A DNA stretch of 64,000 nucleotides, taken from NCBI GenBank assembly GCA_963665095.1, contig OY762069.1, positions 2,464,001 to 2,528,000 of the forward strand, in the 5' to 3' direction. Origin of the DNA: an uncultured Desulfobacter sp. GTDB lineage: Bacteria; Desulfobacterota; Desulfobacteria; Desulfobacterales; Desulfobacteraceae. This document shows positions 40,430 through 50,981 of the stretch, in pieces (the stretch's first letter is position 1; every line of letters starts with the position of its first letter). A program made the position numbers and the translations under genes. The notes beneath the pieces were generated by a model, which searched no databases, was not told the origin of the DNA, and worked only from the letters and a program-made list of their open reading frames with translations.

Positions 40430-41758
40430 TTATTTATAGGTTTGCTCAAAGGTCCTCAGCTGGGCGTTGCTTCGGTCAACGGCCGCGTCAAGTGCCTGTT
40501 TGGGAGACTTCTTGCCGTTCCACACCATTTCAAGTTCTTCATTGATGATGTTGCGGATCTGAACAAAGTAGCCCAGGCGAAGGCCCCTGGAAATCTTAGT
40601 GGGTATGGCCCGGTTCAGCTGGCTGATACCGACTTCCTGAAGGGGATCGGATTCGTAGTAGCCTTTGGCTTTAAGGGATTCATAGGCATCCACTGTAATG
40701 GGGAAATAGCCGGTCTCTTTATGCCAGTATTCCTGCATATCGTTGCTGGCCAGGAACTTGAGGAACTCGGCAACCCCTTTGTACTCTTTCTTTGAATGAC
40801 CGTTGAGTACCCACAGGGAGGCCCCGCCGATGATGCTGTTCTGGGGTGCTGTCATGCTGGCCTCAACGGGAAGCGGCGCTGCATCCCACTTAAAATCCTT
40901 GGCTGCTGTTTTCAACTTGGCAATGCCGCTGATGGAGTCCATATAGACAGCTGCATTCTGGGCCAGGAATTCCGCCTTGGGGCCCTGGTATTTCTGGCCG
41001 CCGTACATGAACTGGCCGGTGTCAGCCCAGGATTTAAGACGGGTGATATGGTTGATCACCATGGGATTGTTAATCTGAAGCTCACAGTCCAGACCTTCAT
41101 ATCCATTGGCCTTTGAGGCAAAGGCCTGGTTGTGAATGGCGCTGTAGTTCTCGATCTGAATCCAGGACTGCCAGGCCGTAACCATGCCGGCCGGTGCAAT
41201 TTTGGCATCCACGATCTTTTTGGTGATGTCACCCAGCTCGTCCCAGGTGATTGGTTTGGTCTTTGACAGAGGGGCGATGCCTGCTTTTTCAAACATATCC
41301 ACGTTATAGTACATGATGGGGGTGGAGGAGTTAAAGGGCATGGACATCAGATTGCCGTCGGCATTCATGTAGTAGGCCAGCACGGCCTGGAGATAGCGAC
41401 TCCAGTCCACGTCAATGCCTGCATCCTTCATAAGTTCATATACCGGATACACAGCGCCTGACAGCATCATGGTCTGGGTGCCCACCTCAAATACCTGGAG
41501 GATATGGGGCTGTTTTTTGGCGCGGAACGCTGCCACGCCTGCGTTCATGGTTTCATCATAGTTTCCTTTAAAGGTGCCGACCACCTGGTACTCGGACTGG
41601 GAGGCGTTGAAATCCTGAATCATTTTTTCAACAATTTCCCCCCTGGCACTTCTCATGGCGTGCCACCAGTTAATAGTAACCGGTTTGGCAAAGGCGGATG
41701 CCGGAAAGATCAAGCAGGCCGCCAGGACTGGCAAAACGAACAATTTCGAAAATTTCAT
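40430..41758 (-). CDS. ugpB: Glycerol-3-phosphate-type ABC substrate-binding protein
   Basis: Signal peptide; INWWHAM, QVFEVGT, SMPFNSSTP, NSIIGGASLWV, WHKETGYFP. Confidence 0.88.
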   Translation of the reverse strand: MKFSKLFVLPVLAACLIFPASAFAKPVTINWWHAMRSARGEIVEKMIQDFNASQSEYQVVGTFKGNYDETMNAGVAAFRAKKQPHILQVFEVGTQTMMLSGAVYPVYELMKDAGIDVDWSRYLQAVLAYYMNADGNLMSMPFNSSTPIMYYNVDMFEKAGIAPLSKTKPITWDELGDITKKIVDAKIAPAGMVTAWQSWIQIENYSAIHNQAFASKANGYEGLDCELQINNPMVINHITRLKSWADTGQFMYGGQKYQGPKAEFLAQNAAVYMDSISGIAKLKTAAKDFKWDAAPLPVEASMTAPQNSIIGGASLWVLNGHSKKEYKGVAEFLKFLASNDMQEYWHKETGYFPITVDAYESLKAKGYYESDPLQEVGISQLNRAIPTKISRGLRLGYFVQIRNIINEELEMVWNGKKSPKQALDAAVDRSNAQLRTFEQTYK

Positions 41759-41970
41759 CTCTCTTCCCTCCTGAACTAAAATGTTTTTCAGTGTTTATTC
41801 CATTGGGTTAAACATAAGAAACTTGACCTGTACAACCTACCAAGGTTTATTAGGATCTGGAAACTGTGTCAAGAAGTTAAATTGAAAATCATTGCATTCT
41901 GATTGCTTTTATAGTTTTATGATCGAAATGAAAAATTTATGAATCAAAATAGAAACGCTACAGGGAACAG

Positions 41971-43071
41971 ATGGCTGAATTAAACTTAAAAAATGTTGTA
42001 AAAAAATATGGCAAGACTCAGGTGATTCACGATCTGAACCTCGACATCCGGGACAAGGAGTTCCTGGTGCTGGTCGGACCGTCAGGCTGCGGCAAATCCA
42101 CCCTTCTGCGGATGGTGGCCGGGCTTGAAGAGATTACAGACGGCACCATATCCATCAACGGAAAAATAGTTAATGATGTGGCGCCAAAGGACAGAGGCCT
42201 GTCCATGGTCTTCCAGAACTATGCCCTGTACCCGCATATGAATGTTCATAACAACATGGCCTTTGGACTGAAGCTGAAAAAAACGCCCAAGGCTGAGATC
42301 AAACAGCGGGTGGAGGAGGTGGCAGGCATCCTCGGGCTTGAGAACCTGCTGTTACGCAAACCCCACGAACTCTCCGGGGGCCAGCGCCAGCGGGTGGCCA
42401 TGGGCAGGGCCATGGTGAGAAAACCATCCATCTTCCTGTTTGACGAGCCCCTGTCCAACCTGGACGCCAAGCTGCGCATCCAGATGCGGGCCGAGATCAA
42501 ACTGCTGCATCAGCGGGTTGATTCCACCGTGATCTACGTGACCCATGACCAGGTCGAGGCCATGACCCTGGCCGACCGCATTGTTGTTCTCAGGGACGGA
42601 TACATTGAGCAGGTAGGAACACCTTTGGAGCTGTTTTCAAAACCGGCAAACACCTTTGTGGCAGGATTTATCGGTACGCCACCCATGAATTTAGCAGCGT
42701 GCCGCATCAAAAAGACAGAAGAGAAGACCTCCCTTGAATTTGACGACGGACTTGAAATCCCGGTGCCGGAAAAAGAGAACACCCATTTTGAACATGGCCA
42801 GGCGGTGGTCATGGGACTGCGCTGTGAGGAGATTACCCCGGCGGCCCCGGACCGGGAGGGATCAAATTCCAGCCTGCGGTTATCAGGCGTGGTGCGCGTG
42901 GCCGAACCCTTAGGTAATGAAACCCATCTGCATATTGACATTCAGGGCGTGGCCTTCATGTCCAGGGCTGAGGGGAAACAGATTTTCAGTATTGGCCAGG
43001 CGGTGGATATCGTGATGAACCTGGATCAGCTGCATATATTTGACGGCAAGACCACCCAGGTCATTTACTAA
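41971..43071 (+). CDS. ugpC: Sugar ABC transporter ATP-binding protein (UgpC/MalK family)
   Basis: GPSGCGKST, LSGGQRQRVAMGRA, DEPLSNLDAKLR, TOBE C-terminus; divergent from ugpBAE. Confidence 0.85.
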   Translation: MAELNLKNVVKKYGKTQVIHDLNLDIRDKEFLVLVGPSGCGKSTLLRMVAGLEEITDGTISINGKIVNDVAPKDRGLSMVFQNYALYPHMNVHNNMAFGLKLKKTPKAEIKQRVEEVAGILGLENLLLRKPHELSGGQRQRVAMGRAMVRKPSIFLFDEPLSNLDAKLRIQMRAEIKLLHQRVDSTVIYVTHDQVEAMTLADRIVVLRDGYIEQVGTPLELFSKPANTFVAGFIGTPPMNLAACRIKKTEEKTSLEFDDGLEIPVPEKENTHFEHGQAVVMGLRCEEITPAAPDREGSNSSLRLSGVVRVAEPLGNETHLHIDIQGVAFMSRAEGKQIFSIGQAVDIVMNLDQLHIFDGKTTQVIY

Positions 43072-43174
43072 TGCGGGGCTCCTTCTATGCACTGCCTGGT
43101 GCCGGGCTTCAGTTGCCTGGCAAGGGGCCTGCTTTCCTGATCTGAATACAAACGGTTTTTATGTTTTCAGTATG

Positions 43175-44317
43175 TTATAGATAAAATTCCACAATAGCCC
43201 GGATCTCTTTGTTTTCCAGACAGCGGCCCAGGGTGATGCTTTTAAGTTTGATGTCTGAAGTAATCCTGTCCAGTACAGCAGCAGAAAAGGTATGACCGGG
43301 AATTTCCCGGTTCAGGTATCGGCTGACCAAACCTTTGCCGCACAGTACGTTTAAATAAAATTTCGGATCCCGAATGGTTCCGAACTCTTTTCCGGCATGG
43401 GTGCCTGCCACATGGGTCCGGATTCCTTCCCCGAATCCGGGAAATGTGTATCCCAGAAGATGGGCCCCGGTTTGCTGATAAACAATCGTATCAACAAAGG
43501 AGTAATACTCCTTGAACAGATGAACGTTATCAAGGTTCAGGCCGGTATGGACCCCCTGGTTTTCCAGAAGCCGGGCCGTGGCGTAAAGGTCGCAGATGCC
43601 GTTTCTTTCCCCAATCCCCAGGGCGGAGGCCTCAAGAACCCGGGCCCCGGCCATGATCCCCATAAAGGCGTTGGCTGATGCCGCGCCCATGTCGTTGTGG
43701 CAGTGAACGGAAAGGACCGCCTGCCCGGACAGGGCACTGGCGGTCTTGATTTTTTCATATACCTGGACCGGGGTCATGATGCCCGAGGTATCAGGCAGGG
43801 ATATCATATCAATGGCCATTTTTTTTCCAAGAAATTCCAGGCAGGTTTCCAGAAGGTCAGGCGCGGTTCTGCCAAGATCCAGCATGGCCATACTGATGCG
43901 GGCACAGGGACTTTGGGCGCGGACAGGGGAGATCACATGCTCAAGGTCTTTAAACAGGCCTGCCAGATCCTCCTTTCCGGCCAGCGGGTTGACATGGAAA
44001 TGAAAATGGATGTCGTCCACTCCGGTGCTGATCATGGTGCGGGCATCAGAAGTTACGGCCCGGCCCAGTGCTGCCGTCCGGATGCTGAACCCGTGTTCCT
44101 TTGCATGGGCTGCCACCTGAGCCACAATGTCAGCCTCTTTTTCATGGGCAGCCGGGTAGCCTGCCTGGCAGACAGACACACCCAGCTGCTCCTGAAACTC
44201 CAGAATTTTGAGCCGCTGCGCCAGGGAAAACACAACGCCTCTGAACTGCATGCCTTCCCTTATGGTCTGGTCAATGATCTGGATTTTTTCATGGTTCTTG
44301 TTCAGACGGTTTTCCAT
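43175..44317 (-). CDS. DRE-TIM metallolyase (isopropylmalate/homocitrate/citramalate synthase-like), no regulatory domain
   Basis: DQTIREGMQ, LPDTSG, HCHNDMG, GIGERNG. Confidence 0.8.
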   Translation of the reverse strand: MENRLNKNHEKIQIIDQTIREGMQFRGVVFSLAQRLKILEFQEQLGVSVCQAGYPAAHEKEADIVAQVAAHAKEHGFSIRTAALGRAVTSDARTMISTGVDDIHFHFHVNPLAGKEDLAGLFKDLEHVISPVRAQSPCARISMAMLDLGRTAPDLLETCLEFLGKKMAIDMISLPDTSGIMTPVQVYEKIKTASALSGQAVLSVHCHNDMGAASANAFMGIMAGARVLEASALGIGERNGICDLYATARLLENQGVHTGLNLDNVHLFKEYYSFVDTIVYQQTGAHLLGYTFPGFGEGIRTHVAGTHAGKEFGTIRDPKFYLNVLCGKGLVSRYLNREIPGHTFSAAVLDRITSDIKLKSITLGRCLENKEIRAIVEFYL

Positions 44318-44349
44318 GGTGTTCCTTTGGGAGATTAAAATACCAGTAA

Positions 44350-44920
44350 CTAATTAGTACCATACCCTTCAGCAAATTGGTATTTCCAAGTCCCATGATC
44401 AGCGTCCTTTATAAAGGGCTGTCTTTTCATGGAAAAGGAGCCCACAAACTCTTTGAAATCTTCTGTAGCCACCGCTTCCCCGAGAAAGCGGTTCTCGCAG
44501 TCTAATGTGTTTCGGATACTTTCCACAACAGTGGCATAAAGGACCTGCTTTGTCATCTTTACAGCCAGGCCGGGGCCTGATGGCGGATTCAGCTGCACTA
44601 CTTTGTTTTTCACATAGGGATGAACCTGAGCGACAAGCGCTTTTGTGCAAGATCCAGGGGTTCCATTTCTGACTGAATCTCCTTTGGCAAGGGCTCATCC
44701 GGTTCACCGATCACCCGGGTTTTGGGATTTAAATACCCGCCGCTGCAAAAAAACTCTTTTTGTGGGTCTGCGGTATGGGGATCATGTTTTCCTATGAAAA
44801 TAACAGCGGTTGCAGCCTCATCGGATTGCGCCATATCCAGTGCCTTACACAGCTTCCAGACCGTATTGAGCGTCAGGGCGCTTTTTTGTCTAAGGGCGGT
44901 TCAGGACCACGGTTACAATC
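44350..44920 (-). pseudogene. Enoyl-CoA hydratase/isomerase (crotonase) relic
   Basis: RPDALN...AVIFIG...FFCSGG fragment and PGLAVKMTKQVL...TEDFKE fragment; middle missing. Confidence 0.65.
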
Positions 44921-44972
44921 CCAGTATTTTCTTCCTTATTATATTCAATGTCTTTAAATTGCTTCATCGGCT

Positions 44973-46329
44973 TTACTTTTCCATGAAGTCTTTTTTCAAA
45001 ACATGTTTAAGTATCTTTCCGCTCGGGTTGCGCGGCAGGGTCTTGAGAAAATGAATGGCTTTGGGCCGCTTGAATCCCAACAGCTTTTCCCCGGTAAAGG
45101 TATTGATCTCATCCGCCGACGCCTCTTCGCCTTCCTTGAGAACGATGGCTGCATGCACTTTTTCTCCCCATTTTTCATCCGGCAGTCCGAACACACCCAC
45201 TTCCGCCACTTTTGAATTGCCCAGCAGGACATCTTCCACTTCTTTGGCAAACACATTTTCTCCACCGGTTTTGATCATATCCTTGAGGCGATCCACAAAA
45301 TACAAAAATCCGTCTTCATCCGCCCGGACCACATCACCGGTATGCAGCCATCCGTCGATGAAGGTCGCCTTTGTTTCCTCCTCCCGTTTGTAATATCCCT
45401 TTATAATCTGAGGGCCTTTTAGCAACAGTTCCCCTGGTTCCCCCCAGGCACATCTTTGCCAAAACCATCAATAATCCGGTGCCCGAGCAGCGGGTTGGCA
45501 TGCCGATGGAACCGGTTTTACGGAAGGCGTCGCCATGCAGCAGTGCAGTGGCGTTTCCGCCGCTGGATTCCGTCAGGCCGTATACATAGAGAAGTTTTGC
45601 CTTTGGCATATATTTGAGAACGCTTCTTTTCAGATCATCCGGAAAGGTGGTGGCAGCGGTCACAAAAAGACGGACATGGGTCACATCGTATGCGATTGCT
45701 TCCGGGACTTTCATTACCCAGGCAAAAAGGAACGGCGGAACAACAGCGATGAATGACACCTTCTCTTCAGAAATGGTTTTCATGAAAGCAACTTCTTCAA
45801 AACGCCTCATCAGAACAACCGTGGCACCGGCAGCCAGACAGGGATTGATGCAGCCGTTCACGATCACATGGCAAAGGGGCATCACCTGCAGGCCGATATC
45901 ATCCTCGGTAATTTCAAACTGGCCCATGGCGCTGTATTGTCACCAATCCGAACAAACTTCTTCACCTTCGGCAGTCGGGAGCGCATCTCTTCAACCAGGG
46001 ACCGAAAATCCGTATGAAACACCAGAACCTTTGCATCTGACAGATCAATCAAAGGAAGGATATCACCGGGTGCCATCCCGGCCATTAAGGGGAAATATAC
46101 AGCCCCGGGCCTTGGCACAGGCAAAACTGGTCTCTACAACACCGGGATCATTCTCAGACAGCACAGCCACCTTATCTCCCTTTTGGAGTCCCTGCCCCAT
46201 CAATGCATGGGCCAGTTGGTTTACACGTTCATCCAGCCCCTGCCAGCTTAAGCGTTTTCCTTCAAAAATAAGGGCGGGTTTACTTCCATACTGGCTGGCA
46301 TTTCTTGTCATGATGTTTCCAATATTCAT
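44973..46329 (-). pseudogene. Long-chain acyl-CoA ligase pseudogene (frameshifts and deletion)
   Basis: Four fragments: LDERVNQLAHAL, YGLTES, GWLHTGD, DRLKDMIKTGGENV, LPRNPSGKILK; the AMP-binding TSGTTG motif is absent. Confidence 0.85.
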
Positions 46330-47133
46330 GTTTCCTCTTCTTTCATTCAGGCAATGAGTTTAAGTCTTACCAGGTTGGACCTGACCGGCAAAATAATCTG
46401 CTGGCAAGGACATTGTGTTCCTGTATCAGGGTGGTGGTGATAAGATTTTTGTATTCACTTTATCTGTTGTATAGCCTTCACACAAAGCTTTGAATTTAGC
46501 ACCTATTCAGAAAAAAACGGTCATCAAAATCGGCAATCAGACGAATAACTGACTGAAAAATCGCTTCTTAGTTCAATAAACAATCCATCAGTACAAGTTT
46601 CATCCAACGACAACCAGCATCAAAGCTTTTTCTTTAAAAATAAAAAGTTACAATACTTGATACCCATCATTCACACCTGCACCACAAAGGTAAAGCAATG
46701 TATAACCCTGGGTTTACAACAGCATTTCCCCCTATTTGCACCCTGAACTCTGACATAAATGTATGTCAAACTAAAAATTTGATGAATACAATTCAACACA
46801 TATCAACTCGATATCTGTTTTGCCAATAGAATAAACTCAATAATTATTTTACTATTGAATAAGAAAATAAGGAGGTTAGAAAAACAAAAACGAGACGTAC
46901 TTTTTGTTTAATATTTTTTATCTGAACTATAGTCCCACACTATCTATGAATACACCCCGGAATCCCTGCACATCGCATGACCGCACCCCATCGGATTGCT
47001 TCATCAGAACAATCAGACAAAACAGGTACTACCGCTGGGGCACCCATGACCACAACAAAACCGGAACCTCACCAATCACCTGGATCTCCACAGAAATTTC
47101 AAGAGCCCCTCTCGGCCTGATTCAAAAGAAAAC

Positions 47134-48294
47134 TCAAGGCAGCGCGGCAGCAATAAACATATCAGTCACCGCGTCAATCTCATACAGCTTGTCAAAGGAT
47201 TTTTCCGGAAAAACAATCCATCGCAGCGCCATGTGAATAGAGGTCCCTATAAACATATTAACAAAGACGCGAATATTGAGATCCTGCCTGAAATCACCAT
47301 TTTCAATCCCTTCTTTCAAGACGGCTGAAAATTGACTCAGGTAATTTCTGAATATGTCATATGCAGAGGATTTGTAAAATTTGCGGTTCAATACAGTATC
47401 AAGAATAAAAATATTAAGAAAATTTCTGTTTTTTGAAAAAAGCGAAAAGTGCAACTTGATCAGTCTGCGCAGCTTCAGGATTGATTTTTTTATCGTGAAA
47501 GACTGTTCCATTTGTGAATCCAGCTCGCCAAGCCGCAACTTGATAAGAGAGAACAGAAGATCATCCTTGTTTTTAAAATAGTCATAGATTGAACCCTCAG
47601 CTACACCGGCCTCAACCGCAACTGTGGCGATTTTTGATTTCCTGAAACTAGATTCTCCAAAAACCTTTTCTGCAGCCCGGATGATCTGCAAATCTTTGGG
47701 CAAATCAGCGCCGGCTCCCGAAAAGGGCTCAAGGATTCTCAATAAAATAGATACAATATCCTCCCAGTTCTCACTGCTTTGTTCAACCTCATTCACCAGA
47801 GTACAGTTGACCGCCTCTGCATCCAATGTCCCGTTAATAATCTCCCGGACAAGGTAAAGGTCAACATCACCCCGAAATTGCTTCTGCTCGACACCGAGAA
47901 CAAGTATCTCCATGCAGATCTTCGCATATTCGCGGATCAGCTGATACGCCTTTGTTTTAAAAAATTCAAGATTTGAACGATAGTCAAATACAAGATTCTT
48001 TACATAGTCCTTGTGGGTGTCATTATAATGCAGACCATACCAGATAAATTTACTCAGGCGTGATTTTGGATCCAGAATCCCCTGGAGCTGATCCCTGCAC
48101 TCCTTGACCATGGAGGTCAGTCGCTTCTCTGCAATACTGAACACCAGACCCTCTTTCCCCTTAAAATACTGGTACGCATGGGAGTCGGCCACCTTTGCCA
48201 TCCTGGCTATTTCTGCAATGGTTGTTTCCGAGGCGCCCTTCACAGACAACAGCTCTTCTGCAACCGAAAGTATTCTTTTTTTTGTGTCATTCAT
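47134..48294 (-). CDS. Tandem-domain TetR/AcrR (FadR-like) regulator
   Basis: Two HTHs: TTIAEIARMAKVADSHAYQYFKGKE and IATVAVEAGVAEGSIYDYFKNKDDL. Confidence 0.9.
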   Translation of the reverse strand: MNDTKKRILSVAEELLSVKGASETTIAEIARMAKVADSHAYQYFKGKEGLVFSIAEKRLTSMVKECRDQLQGILDPKSRLSKFIWYGLHYNDTHKDYVKNLVFDYRSNLEFFKTKAYQLIREYAKICMEILVLGVEQKQFRGDVDLYLVREIINGTLDAEAVNCTLVNEVEQSSENWEDIVSILLRILEPFSGAGADLPKDLQIIRAAEKVFGESSFRKSKIATVAVEAGVAEGSIYDYFKNKDDLLFSLIKLRLGELDSQMEQSFTIKKSILKLRRLIKLHFSLFSKNRNFLNIFILDTVLNRKFYKSSAYDIFRNYLSQFSAVLKEGIENGDFRQDLNIRVFVNMFIGTSIHMALRWIVFPEKSFDKLYEIDAVTDMFIAAALP

Positions 48295-48327
48295 AACAGT
48301 TTCTCTTTTCTTCTATGCACACAAATT

Positions 48328-48616
48328 ATGAGTTATATTCATAGATAAATATTCCACCTAAAGCAACTTAATTTTTTAAAACCATGAACATACACTCAAA
48401 ATATAGGGCACTATTTAACATATTGAATCGCCTAAAGGTCAAACCCAGCTAACAATAACCGCAATATTTTTTAAATATGAACACACTTCAAATCTGTAGG
48501 TCATCTACATATTTGGAAAAATATTTCATAAAATTAGTATATTATAAAATTTAAATTTTAGTTAAAATAAATATTGACAGCTAAATATCCCCTTGATATG
48601 TATGAATACAGCTCAT
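48328..48616. promoter_or_regulatory. Divergent promoter region with repeated ATGA-N7-TCA(T/A) boxes and TTGACA -35
   Basis: ATGAGTTATATTCAT (48328), ATGAACACACTTCAA (48477), ATGAATACAGCTCAT (48602); TTGACA-N17-TATGTA near 48574. Confidence 0.55.
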
Positions 48617-48675
48617 ATAAATTCATATATGAGCTTATATCCAAATTCTATTGAAAGAAAAAAGGGAGGGGTGTC

Positions 48676-49955
48676 GTGGAAATCGTAGAACTAGGGAATC
48701 AGACAATTGTTTATGGATCCCGATCCAGACAAAATGCGGGACTTTTTTAAAACCAAGAACAGGAAAATGACAAATAAGGTCATGGACCTGAAGGATGCAA
48801 TTGCAGCGTATGTTCATGACGGTGAGTATCTTTGCATTGGTGGATTCGGTGCAAACCGCACGCCCATAGCTGCCTGTCACGAAATCGTGCGGCAGGGACG
48901 CAAAAACATGGGATTCGCAGGGCATACCGCTACCCATGACATGGAAATACTCAGTGCCGGAGAAGTCTACGACCGTCTGGATGTTGCCTATGTGATGGGG
49001 CTGGAGGCAAGAGGCCTTTCCACCTGTTCAAGAAAATACGTGGAGAGCGGCAAAGTAGAGGTCACAGAATGGACCAATTATGCACTGACACTGAGGTTAA
49101 AGGCAGCGGCCATGGCCGTCCCGTTTCCGCCTGCCCGGAACATGATGGGAACCGATACATTTAAGTACAGTGCAGCAAAGGCCGTGCATTGCCCTTTCAC
49201 AGGAAAAAAAATAAATCTGCTTCCTGCGCTCTGCCCGGATGTGTCGGTTATCCACGTTCATGAAGCAGATGTCTATGGCAATTGCCGTTTCAAAGGGATC
49301 GGCGTGGTCGATATCGAGCTGGCCAATGCCAGCAAACGGTTGATTATTACCACTGAACGACTGATTCCCGTTAGTGAAATTAAGGCTGAGCCATCTTTGA
49401 CAAAGATCCCTTATCACCTGGTGGATGCGGTATGTGTTATGCCTTATGGTGCGTACCCCGGAACAATGCCCTATGAGTATTTCAGTGATGAGGATCATCT
49501 TAAAGAGTGGTTGTCAGTCGAAAGAGACCAGGAACAATTTCAAACCTTTTTAAAGAAGAACATCTTTGATTGTAAAAGCCATGAAGACTATATTCTGCTG
49601 GAAAATGATGGTGATGACACCTCAAAACGCCAAAAGATTCGTTGAAAAGGTTGAATTTTTAACTACCCCCGGGTGGATTGACGGCGGGGATTCAAGGGAA
49701 AAAGCCTGGCTTCCGCCCAATGCGGGACCATACAAAGTGATCACCGACATGGCTATCATGGACTTTGAAGCGGACAGCAAACGGATGCGGGTCATCTCTT
49801 TGCACCCGGGGGTGGATCTGGACACTGTTAAAGAAAATAGCGGCTTTGAGTTGCTGGTGGCCAACACTTTGGAGACAACAACCCCGCCAACGGAAGAGGA
49901 ACTCAAAGTTCTCAGGGAAGAAGTTGATCCTTACGGATACGTTATCGGGCGTTAG
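48676..49955 (+). pseudogene. Family I CoA-transferase (GctA/GctB-like) alpha-beta deletion fusion
   Basis: Alpha subunit (IGGFG, PDVSVIHVHEADVYGN, PYGAYP) joins at about 49592 the C-terminal third of beta (FVEKVEFLTTPG, VITDMAIMDF, SLHPGV, PTEEELKVLR); 5' frameshift after GTG 48676. Confidence 0.8.
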
Positions 49956-50194
49956 ACCGTCCTGCGGCCTGACGCAGAGCCGTCACTATGATTACGATGA
50001 CGCACTTACGCCGGTCTGCATTCATGAGTGCATTATGGACAATGTCCTCCTGGAATATGCATAGGTGAAAAATTATCAGGCTTGTCCGGGAACCGGGACC
50101 TTATTGATTTTTCACCCTCCAAAGCGATACAGTGTCATTAATTAAATCAACCTGCCGGGTCACCCGGTGTCCACGAAACTTACAAGGAGGTTTT

Positions 50195-50977
50195 ATGAGC
50201 GAAAAAGTACTCATTGTCGAAGAGAAATCAGGGGTCTCGATTCTAAAATTAAACAGGCCTGATATGATGAATGCGCTGAATTTTGAGTTGCTGAACGCTC
50301 TGAAGGATGAGGTGGACCGGCTTAAATTCAGAACAGATATCCGGACCGTTATTATCACCGGTGAAGGCGAAAAGGCCTTTTGTGCCGGGGCGGACTTAAA
50401 AGAGAGAAGCACGCTGAGCCAGGAGGAAGTAAAACGCTTTATCGTCACCATTCGGGATCTGCTGACATCCATCCAGCAACTGCCTGTTCCGGTTATCTCC
50501 GGTATCAACGGGATTGCCCTGGGGGGTGGCACTGAGGTGGCGCTTGCCTCGGATATCCGCATTGCTTCTGAAAAGGCGTCCATGGGGCTTACGGAAACCC
50601 GGCTGGCCATTATCCCGGGCGGCGGCGGAACCCAGCGCCTGCCCAGGATCATTGGCGTTGCCAAGGCCAAAGAGCTCATCTTTACCGGCCGGCGGGTGGA
50701 TGCAAAGGAGGCGCTGGCCATCGGTTTAGTCAATCAGGTCGCCCCTTCTGAAACGCTTCTGGATGAATGTGTGAAAATGGCTGAAATGATCGCGGAAAAT
50801 GGTCCCATTGCCATAGAGATGGCCAAATATGCCATAGACAAGGGCATTGAAACCGATCTGGCCACGGGCCTGGCCATAGAGTCCAACGCCTACAGGATAA
50901 CCATCCCCACGGAAGACAGAATAGAAGGGCTGACAGCTTTCAGGGAAAAGCGCAAACCGGTTTATAAAGGGAGGTAA
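50195..50977 (+). CDS. Enoyl-CoA hydratase (methylglutaconyl-CoA hydratase-like)
   Basis: LNRPDMMNAL, FCAGADLKER, ALGGGTE, ETRLAIIPGGGGTQRLPR; start ATG 50195 with SD AGGAGG. Confidence 0.9.
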   Translation: MSEKVLIVEEKSGVSILKLNRPDMMNALNFELLNALKDEVDRLKFRTDIRTVIITGEGEKAFCAGADLKERSTLSQEEVKRFIVTIRDLLTSIQQLPVPVISGINGIALGGGTEVALASDIRIASEKASMGLTETRLAIIPGGGGTQRLPRIIGVAKAKELIFTGRRVDAKEALAIGLVNQVAPSETLLDECVKMAEMIAENGPIAIEMAKYAIDKGIETDLATGLAIESNAYRITIPTEDRIEGLTAFREKRKPVYKGR

Positions 50978-50981
50978 TGCC

